64,000 bases of DNA. Source: the human T2T-CHM13v2.0 reference genome, Homo sapiens. Of the stretch, positions 53,941 to 64,000 are shown piece after piece. How positions within the stretch are numbered: position 1 is the stretch's first letter; every line of letters starts with the position of its first letter. The notes beneath the pieces are model-generated. The model was not told where the DNA came from. It ran no database searches and saw only the letters and a program-made list of their open reading frames with translations. The DNA is taken from NCBI RefSeq assembly GCF_009914755.1, contig NC_060925.1, one strand, 5' to 3'. A program made the position numbers and the translations under genes.

Positions 53941-55405
53941 GTCTTTTCTGCGTATTTGTCTGTCTCTCCAGCTAGAACATTAGCTCCGTGAGAGTAGGTA
54001 CTGGATCTTATTTGTTCTTGTCTTCACAACTTTTTGCTCAGTCCCTGGCATATAGTGAGCTCAAATATTTTTTATTACTTGTCAAGATGTGATCCCCCCC
54101 AATCTCTCAAAAGGCCCACATACAGAGACAGCATTACTCACATATCTTATTCTCTCTTGGCTCTAATTTATAAAAAGGAGAGAGAGTTTAAAGAGAGACT
54201 ATGAGGCAAATGTACAGAAAATGAAATAAATGTTTGATGTAAGTGCAATTTTTAGTCATATTTGGTTGAGGAAATCTACCAAATGCCATACGGATGGAGA
54301 GAAAGACTTTATTCAAACAAATAAAAAACAAAATGCTTAGTTTAAAGGTGAAATAAAGATAGCTTTTTGAGTAAGGACGGAAATAGTACCAACTGATCAA
54401 CTAGTTGGGAAAAAATTAATTGGATGCTTACCTCATACCATACACCATAATACATTTCAAATGGATTAAAGAGAGTTATAAAACATGCATATATAAAAGT
54501 AAAAGAACAAAATCTAAGTTATTATTTATTTCATCTTGGGACTGGGAAAGGGCTTTCTGAGCCCTTTACCTCGAAGACAAAAATTTTTATAGAGTTGACT
54601 GCTTAACAAAATAACTTTTGAATTTTAAAACGACCGTAAACAAAGTTAAAAGACAAATGAAAAATTGGTTTAAAATTTTCACAACATATATGGCAGTCAA
54701 ATTTTGATAATAAATAGAGTTCTCATAAGTCAATAAGAAAAGGACAACATTGTAATAGACAATTGTACGAAAAGGAATCAGGGAGTTTATAAAAATTATG
54801 AAGCAATGTATTGCAATTATGTGCCACTTGTCACCCATCAGTTTAGCAAGAGTTAAAGAATTATAATAACTAATTTTTCAATGTATCAAAAACATAAACT
54901 TTCATATACTGCTGTTCTATAAATTAATAGAATATATCTGCAGGAAAATTAGTTAATATATACCAAAAGCCTTAACATGTATAGATCTCTTGGCAATACA
55001 ATAATTTAACTTCTCTGAATGTATTATTATGAGGACAAAAAAGAGCTGAGAGAATTAACCAATAAACTGAATAATTTTCACTCATTAACTTCAGATAGAA
55101 GAGAAATGATTCTAGAGATAAGTTCTGAGAAGCAAGAGAGAATGATCAGTATAGATATTTTAAAATAAAAAAGATATATAAAAAGTCCATACATTTGGAA
55201 ATTCAAAAGCATACCATTGAACAATTAATTATGCAAAGAAAAATTCATAATAAAAAAGAAAATATATAGAACTAAATAATGATTTTTAAAACTACATATC
55301 AAAACTTGTAGAATCCAGTGAAAATAAAATGTAGAAGAAAATTTGTAGCTTATATGCTTACTCTGAAAAAGAATAGAAAGGTTCAATACTAATAAGATAA
55401 GGATC

Positions 55406-55759
55406 CATGTCAGAGACAATTTTCCAGACTCCCACAATCTGCTATGATCATGTGACTGAGCTCTGGTCAAGGGAATAAGGACAGAAGCAATGTGAATAAC
55501 GTTACTTCCTGTACAAGCATCCATTCTTTCTCTCCTCCTTCAGCTACCAGCTGAATGCAAAGCATCTTTTGTAGGACTCTGCAATCCAGAGTATAGTGGA
55601 ACCAATTGATGAAAGCGTCTCCAGTTCCTGAGTGACTTTGGGTGGAGCAAGATCCTCCAGAGCAACCTGCATTGGACTGAAATATGAGAAATAAACTTTT
55701 ACTGTATTAGACTACTGAGATTTGGAGGTTGTCACAGCAATTAGCATATCCTAACATAG
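55406..55759 (+). mobile_element. MLT1-type MaLR solo LTR (old)
   Basis: catgtgactgagctctggtcaa...gaaataaactttt...ctgagatttggaggttgtcacagca. Confidence 0.55.
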
Positions 55760-56266
55760 AAAATAACTTTTTAAAAATGAAAAAAACAAAATAAATGTAA
55801 AAGAACTTAGAAGAAAACAATAAAAGGCAGCAATTAATGATTTTAAAACACATTATAGAGTGAATAATCAAACTCAAATATTGTCTTTTTGAAGTGGCTA
55901 TTAATATTAACAAATGTGACACGATTAATCAAAGAAAAAAGAGATGTCAAATATTATTAAGAATGAAAAAGAGGACCCCTTACATATTCAGAAGAGATAA
56001 AAAATACTATTCAAAACAATAGGTTAATGCAATTGAAAAGGTCAATGGCATGTGTAAATTTCTAGAAAAAAAGAATCATTTACCAAAACAGACTCAAGAA
56101 GAGAGAGAAAACCCGAATAGTCCTATATTATCAAAGAAATCCCACTGGTAGTTAAGCATTTTCCCACAAAGAAAACACAGCCCAAAAATCTGATAGGTGG
56201 AAAGTTCTTCCAAATGTTTGAGGAACATTTACAATCTTTACAAACTTTTCCAGTCCATTCAGTTCC

Positions 56267-56661
56267 TGCTATGGACTGAATGTTTATGTCCTCCCAAAAT
56301 ATACATGTTGAAGCCCTAACCCTCAGTGCGATGTTATATGGAGATGAGGCCTTTGGAAGGTAATTAGGGTTAGATGAAGTCATGAGGGTGGGCCCCTCAT
56401 GGTGGGATGAATGTCCTTATAAGAAGAGACACTAGAGAGCTTTCTCTCCCTCTCCATGTGCACACACCAAGGAAAAGCCATGTGAGTGCACAGCAGGAAG
56501 GGTGCCATCTGCAAGCCAGGAAGAGAGCCTTCACTGGGAGTGGAATCAGCCGGCACCTTTATGTTGGACTTCCTGGCCAAGAACCAAGATAAACAAATTT
56601 CTGCTGTTGAAGCCACCCAATCTATAATATTTTGTTGTGGCAGCCTAAGCTGACTAATATA
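56267..56661 (+). mobile_element. MLT1A/MST-type MaLR solo LTR
   Basis: TGCTATGGACTGAATGTTT start; GCAGCCTAAGCTGACTAATA end. Confidence 0.8.
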
Positions 56662-58836
56662 CTCCTTCATTTATGAAATGAAATTAGCCTAATATTGACA
56701 CTAGAATCCCAAGGAGAGCACAAAGGAGAAAATTTACAGGCTAATCTGATTTAGTAATGTAGATGCAAAATCTTTAACAAAATTCTTAACAAATGTCAGT
56801 GAATTGAATTCAGCAAGAAGGAAATATGTTTAACATCATGACCAAGATAGATTTATACCAGAGTTGCAAAATGGGGTTAATATTAGGAAAATGATTAATA
56901 TAATTCACCACATTGATAAAGGAAAAAAACCATACAATCACCTCAGTAGATGTAGATAAAGGACTCAATAAAATTCAGCATTCAGTGAGAGGTAGTAGCA
57001 TGTTATAAGAGGGACTCTGGAGCCAAACTCCCTGGTTTCGAATGCTGATTATACTGTGAAGAAACTTTATAACCTTCAGCAAGCTATTTAATCTCTCTGA
57101 GCTTCAGTTTTGTTTCTTATCTATACAGATAAAATTAATAATAACTTCTTCATAGGTATTACCTATGAAGTTGTGAGGATTAAAATAATTTACATATGTA
57201 AAGCATTTAGAACAATCTTTTCTGGTAATACATGTTTGCTCTTATATTTGTGATTTTAAAAAACTGTTAGTTAACTAGAAAAAGAAGGAAAATATCCATA
57301 ACCCTGGAAAGAGCATCTAGAAAGACCTGCAGGAAACATCATAATTAATATTGGAATGTTGAAAGCATTCTCTTTAAAATCAGAAGCAAGACAAATTGTT
57401 ACTGCCATCATTTATAGAAATTATCATTGTACTGGGGCTACTAGTCAGTGCAATGAACATGTAAGAATTGGAAAGAGAGAAGCAAAGCTGGCGTTACTGC
57501 ACATGACAGAATTGCCAACATAAAACTGCCAAATAATCTATAAATTATGAAAATTAATGAAACAATTTAACAAAAGTTCTGAATAAAATAATCGACATTA
57601 AAAAATTATTTGTATTTCCATGAACAGCTATCGTCAATTAGAAAATGTTACTTTAAACAAATATCGTTTTGGATAGCAACAAATATCGTTTTGGATAGCA
57701 ACAAACATATGAAACACCCAGAAATAGATCTAAGAAAAAGTGTGCAAAAACTACATGAAGAAATTATGAAACTTTATTGAAACAAATTTTAAATGGCATA
57801 AATAAATGAACATGCTATGTTCCAGGATAGGAAGATAATATTTCAAAGATGTTAATCGAGTCTGTAGATTCAATGTATTTCAATAAAAATCCCAATGGGG
57901 TTTTTCATGCAAATTGACAAAGTGATTATAAAATTGATGTGAATGAGCCAAGAATCAAAAATAGTGAAGACATTGCTGAAGAAGGAAAAGGAGGGAGAAA
58001 ATGTGCCCTATTAGAATTGAAGACTTATTATCTCTATAGTAATTAAAGCAGTGTGATATTGGTGTATCAATAGACACATAGAATAGTAGAAAACAATAGA
58101 CCCACGCCTATTTGGAAACTTAATCCATGACACAGTGGTTATTACAGGTCAATAGTTTAAAGATAAACTGTTTAATACGTTGTTCTGGGACGATTGGTTA
58201 TCCAAGTGAAATTGAATCCCTACCTTATACCATATACAAAAATGAATTCCAGATGTATTAGACATTTATACGTAGGTGGCAAAACTATAAATCTTAGAAG
58301 ATGCTATAGGAAAATATCTCTGTTCCTCTTAGGTAGAGAAGGATTTCTTGAACAAGATTCCGAAAGCAAAGCCATAAAGGAAAAGATTATAAATTTGACT
58401 ATATTAAAATTAGACATGTGTTTTCATCAAAAGACAATAAGGAATGTCAAAGGATATGCCACAGGGTAGAAGAAATATTTGCCACAGGAATATCTGTCAA
58501 ATTATTGTACATAATTAATATTCATGAGAAACCCTTCAAATCAGTGAGAAAAAAAAAATCTCAAGAAAAAAATTGGCAAAAAATAAAGACATTTCAAACA
58601 AGAGATAATACCAGTATTGGCCCATAAACTTGTGAAAAGATACTTAGCATCATTTGTAACTCTAGAAGTGCATATTTGAGCCACAATTGTATATTTCATC
58701 TCTATTCGATTGACAAAACTTAATAGTCTGGTTACAAGTTTTGGTGAAACTGAAAAAATGAGAACTCTCACCCACTGATAGGAGTACTGATAGGAGTGTA
58801 AACTGGAGAAAGTCTGCTGTTACCTGATCAGGTTGA

Positions 58837-59157
<321 letters not shown>

Positions 59158-60589
59158 AGGAATTATGTCTTTTGACCCAGCAATTCCAATTTATATGTCT
59201 AGTGTATAAGCTAGATGATAAACTTTTGCACATGTGTCCTGTGTAAAAGAATGTTCATAACAGCACTGTGGCTATTCAATAGCACAAACTGGAAATAACC
59301 CAATACCCTCCGTGGTAGAACAGATAAAAACATAAAATATAATAAAGCTTTGAAAAAGAATGAACAACTGCTTTATTCATCAACGTGAATGTATTGCAAA
59401 AACAACTTGATTGAGAGAAACAAATAACATAAACTACAAACAGTACAAGCCCATTATATAAAGGTCAAAACTAAGTAAAACTAAACATAGTAAAACTATG
59501 CATGCAGGATGGATGCATACATAGGTGGTACAGCTATAAAGAAAAGCAAATGGGTAATTAAGGTAGGTATCAGGATAGTGGTTGTTCCTGAGGGGAAGAG
59601 GATAAGATAGGGGAGGAACTAAGGGGAGGCCTTTAGGGAACTGGTAATGGTCTATTTCTTAATTTCTTAATATGGGTAGTGTAACATGAAGTTTATTATC
59701 ATTCTTTAAGCCAAAAAATATTTGTTAATAAATTCTCATATGGATGATACATTTATCAATAAAATAAGTAAAAGTAATAAACGATTGCAAAAAACACTTC
59801 TCTCCCTCCCTCTTCTTTCTCTCTTCACCTCTCCTGACTCCCCTTAACTGAATTAGATATATAATATATAGTAGTTGAAAGAGTGCTCTTGAGTGTATTA
59901 ATTTAGATTCCAAACCTAAATTTATTAGATTTGATTGCAGATGTATTCGAGTTATGTGTTTTCTGTTCCTAATTTTAGACTCTGCACAGGATAAAAGTTG
60001 TTACACCTGCACTGACATATAAAAGATAATATTGCATTATTGTTCTGACGACCCTTGCGCCTCCTTCGGGGACTTCGCAGGTTGGGCTCACCTAGGCCGG
60101 GTGCAGGCCTGCGCCTTAGGTTCCTGGAGCTTGGTGTTGTGGGGAGCACTGACTGGGGAGGATGTAGTTTCTGGCTCCAGACTAGCATATCCCTCTGCCC
60201 CTGTGCAAACAAGAAAGAGGATCACCGTCATCTCTGTCCTCTCTTGCCCCCACCCTCCAAATCCTAAAGACACAAAGAACAGATCCTCCTTGTGGGGAAG
60301 TCACTGTTTTCTTAGGCCAAGGAACCACTCTGGGCCTCCATTTTCTCCTCGTATAAGATTGGGCCATCCCTCCCTTACCTGCCACTTGCCATGGTTGGGT
60401 CGATGAAGTGACTTGGTGGATGTGGAGTGAATGAGAAACCTGGTGCCAAACCACCCACGGCTGGGTAAACTTCTACGGATTTCAAAGAATTGACATCTTT
60501 CATTACGCTTGGGTACTGTATCCAGTCGCATTGTCTTAGGGAGGCTGTTCCTGGCGTGCCTGTACCTCTCTGAGCGCAGCTAGTGGTCT

Positions 60590-61005
60590 TGGCCACCTTT
60601 GTTCCAGCCCCACTGGTCTCTTTATTGTCCCTCTCCCTGGAACATTCCTCCTCCAGATACCTGCACAGCTCACTCCCATGCCTCCTTCAGGCCTGTGTTA
60701 CAAAGCACCTTCTCCATGAGGCCTTTTCTGACCACCTTATCTAAGATGGCAACCTCCCTCCCTGTCATCAATCTCTGTCCATTTTCCTTGCTTTATCTTT
60801 CTCCAAAGTATAATATCACTATATGACACATTGATTTTATTAATTTGCCTTGTATCTGTATCACTCCTGTGAGAATGTAAGATTCCTTACCTGCCACTTG
60901 CTTTTTTACAGACTTGTTTTTTCTTTTATGTTCACTGCTCTATTTCCAGTCCTAAAATAATACCTGGCACTAAACCGATACTCAAATATTTGATAAATAA
61001 TGAAT
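60590..61005 (+). mobile_element. L2 LINE 3' fragment
   Basis: cctctccctggaacattcctcc...agaatgtaag...ctcaaatatttgataaataatgaat. Confidence 0.6.
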
Positions 61006-61012
61006 AGGGTAG

Positions 61013-61425
61013 TGTTTTAGTCTGTCCTCTGTTGCTTATAATAGAATGCCTGAAACTGGGTAATTTATAAGAAAGAAAACTTATTTCTTACAATTACAGA
61101 GGCTGAGAAGCCCACGGTCGAGAGGCTGCATCTGGTGAGGGCCTTCTCGCTGGTGGGGACTCTGCAGAGTCCTGGACCCAGGGCATCCCATGGCAAGGGG
61201 ACTGAGCATGCCAGCTCAGGTCTCTCCTCCTCTTCTTATAAAGCCACCAGTCCTGCTCCTGTGATAACCCATTCGCCCACCAACTTATGAATGGGTTAAC
61301 CCTTTCATGAGGGCAGAGTCCTCATGACCCAGCCACCTCTTACAGGCCTCACTTCTCCATACTGCTGCATTGGGGATTAAGTTTCAACATAAGTCTTGGA
61401 TGGGACAAACATTCAAACCACAGTG
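61013..61425 (-). mobile_element. MST-type MaLR solo LTR
   Basis: tgttttagtctg...gaaactgggtaatttataa...ggggattaagtttcaacat...acattcaaacca. Confidence 0.8.
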
Positions 61426-61728
61426 ATTGTAATTCAGTTATGGGCTTTGGAGTTAGACTACTGTCTCAACTCAATAAACTGACCAGCTATGTGATATTGA
61501 GCAAGTTCCTTTAACCTCTCTGAACCTCAGCTTCCTTATCAGCAAAATGAGCACAAAACAGCACTCCTTTCAGAGTTGTGAGAAATAAAGGTATATAAAA
61601 TGCCTCCCATCGGGGCTGGCAGGAGAATGTGAGGTGAGTCTGCTGTGACTATACATGATTAGGAATGCAGCAATGGGGCAGGATGCTTCTCAAGTAGGAG
61701 AGTGACCCCCTGCTTTGTTGGGTTACAG

Positions 61729-62279
61729 GGCCCTGGCCTGGGAGTCCTGGAGCAGGAACTGGATGAGCTTCGGATGGTGCAGGCCCAGCTGGGGCCGAAG
61801 CTCCGAGAAACAGAGGTACTCAAGCAGGCACTGGCCAAAGCCCCCCCTAGAGAGATTGGCCTAGGCACTCTGGGGCAGGGTGGAGGTGCAGGGCCAGCTG
61901 GCCATGCTGCAGGAGAGGCAGGCCTGCCTAGGAGCAGGGGCCCGAGGCTGCTCAGCCAAGGACTGGACTGGGGCCAGGCATCAGGCTCTCGTCTGGTGTG
62001 CCTTGTCTAGACCCTGGCTGCCAGCCTCTGGGAGACCCAGGAGATGCTCCAAGCCCTGGAGAGAGGAGTATAGGAGGCACAGGAGCCGGCTGGAGCAGAG
62101 GCTGGGGGATGTAGCCCAGAGCACCTTGGAGGTGGAGAGGGCGCTGGGCCAGGTGAGCTGCTCTCCCAGGCTCTGCAGCTACGGCTGGACGGGAGCCAGC
62201 GGGAGCTGAGACAGGTGAAAGAGAGTATGGCAGAGCTGACAAGTGGAGGCTCTGGGGTGTAGCAGCTGGAGAACATCTG
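61729..62279 (+). pseudogene. Candidate decayed exon of a coiled-coil protein gene
   Basis: ttacag| acceptor and TG|gtgaga donor; E/Q/L/R-rich heptad-like peptides broken by frameshifts and TAG stops. Confidence 0.5.
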
Positions 62280-64000
62280 GTGAGAACAGGGGTGGTCAGT
62301 CGGACTGCATGGGGAGTCAGAAGGGTAGCCCTGCCCTGTGGGGAGGCTTTGGGTACTTCACTTAGCCACCCTGAGCCTTCGGCTTTCCTTAAATGAGATG
62401 AGATGCTGTCCTGCCTGCTTTGCAAGGTTGTGAGGATGAACGTGCTTCAAGCACTCCTAATACTGGGTGATGTATAACTGGCTCCTGCTGGGTCTCCTTC
62501 GTTGTCCTGCTGATGCTGGCGAATGTCAGCAGGCCCCTGGGTTTTGTAGGGAGGAGTATTGATGGGGCACAGGAGACCCTGCTGTCTCACTTCTTCCGTT
62601 GTGGATGTTTTCTGAGCCCCGAAGCCTCAGGGTTTCCCAAGCATTATTCTCATTAATGTATCCATTCCCTCATCCACTAGTTATGGAGTGCTTACTATGT
62701 GCCAGGTATCATCTGGGTGCTAAGGGAACACAATATGGCCTAGAGTTGCCCCCAGTTTAGGAGACACTGGCCAGTGGCCAGGCAGTTGCATTATTAGCAG
62801 GTAAGTCCTAGCTTAGATAAGCACAGGGTGCCATGGGGGTGCTTCAGTGGGATACCCAACTCAGCCTAGAGGAATCAAGGAAGGCTTCATGGTGGAGGTG
62901 GCACCTGAGCAGTGTCCCAAAGGACAAATCAGAAATTAGAGCATCATAAAGGCAAGGAGGAAGTTCAAGATAGAGGAGCCATTGAGAAGTGGTTGCTCTG
63001 GGAGAGAAGGAGGTAAAGTTCATGGCTCTTTGTCGATTGGCTGTCAGCTGAGAGGGGCAGTGGTGCCACGCCCTGAGAGATGGGAAAGGTAGAGATGAGC
63101 TCATTTTAAACACAGCATGTTGACTGGTGGGAAGTCGGGTTGTGGGATTGGGGTTGGAGATGTGCATTTGGGAGACATCACCATCCCTTTAGTTAGGAGC
63201 ACGTGGGAGGGGTTGAGGTTGCCCTGGGATAGGTGCCAACTGAGAATAGGGGTGAGCTGATGGGGGGCTCCAAGGTGGACAGAGGGTTCAGAAGCAGCCC
63301 GGGGCCAAGCAGCAAGGCTGGTGGGAGGGACACCCATAGAGTGCCAAGGTGGGAGGATCTGCAGAACTGAGTGAGACGTTCTGGGCAGAGAAGGATGCAC
63401 ATAAGCCAAGGCGTGGGGTGATGGTGCTGCCTCCTTGGGGCACTGGAGACTCTGCCCACAGCGGCAGACCTTGGGAGGAAGTGGCTGCTCGTGGGCCCAG
63501 CTCATGGAGCCCCATGCCCTCCAGCTCCCAGGCCCCTGCTACAGAAGCTGTAGGCCAAGAAGCTGACCCAGGAGCAGCAGACACAGCTTGCCCCGCAGGG
63601 CCACTGGGAGCAGAGTGCAGAACCGGGCAGCAGGGCCACCATCCTGGAGACCTCTCCACTGCCCTGTGTGGTGACTGACCCGGATTGGGGGTGCTGCTGG
63701 GATGTAGAGACAGGGCAGGGATGGTGAGGAAGCCAGGCAGGGAGAGAAGTCTGAAGGGGCTGAGGGAGGGGAACAGCGGCAGGCAGCCAATTTCTCATGG
63801 CCACTTCATCACCCACACCACATTGTCCTCATCTGTCGAATGAGGTAATAATACCTGTATCTTGGAGTTGTTGGGATTAAATGAGGAAACATGTGTGGGA
63901 AGAGCTTAGCACCTAGCAGGTATTCAATTGCTGTCAGGCTACTAATAGGCTATTAGTATTAGGCTATTTCTAATAGCAGTAATAACAGGCTTCAATGCCA

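Noticed and set aside
57656-57705. 22-bp tandem duplication AACAAATATCGTTTTGGATAGC
   Set aside because: Ordinary slippage inside a dead L1M with no functional cue

Overview
Human genomic DNA (a closely related great ape cannot be excluded). Positions ~1.7-40.2 kb hold the complete + strand muscle gene IGFN1 (immunoglobulin-like and fibronectin type III domain containing 1). I traced 24 exons with GT-AG boundaries and consistent phases: non-coding exon 1, ATG at 4229, TAG at 39658-39660. The CDS sums to 11,451 nt (3816 aa). Exon 12 is a 7,863-nt giant exon carrying a coding 108-bp (36-aa) tandem array with higher-order structure. It also contains a candidate in-frame GC-AG exitron (17069-24763) whose removal gives 1251 aa. 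Introns contain mostly antisense Alus plus MIR, L2, MER and MaLR relics. Downstream (42-60 kb) lies a LINE-1 cluster: a 5'-truncated older L1PA on +, an inverted full-length L1PA3/4-type element on -, and ancient L1M fragments. The two L1PAs share a 95-bp identical tract that suggests gene conversion. Near 61.7-63.7 kb are splice-bounded, frameshifted, coiled-coil-like coding relics that may be a decayed gene. No prokaryotic-type system, CRISPR array or RNA gene is evident. Repeat subfamily names are by eye, and reference protein lengths are recalled rather than looked up.
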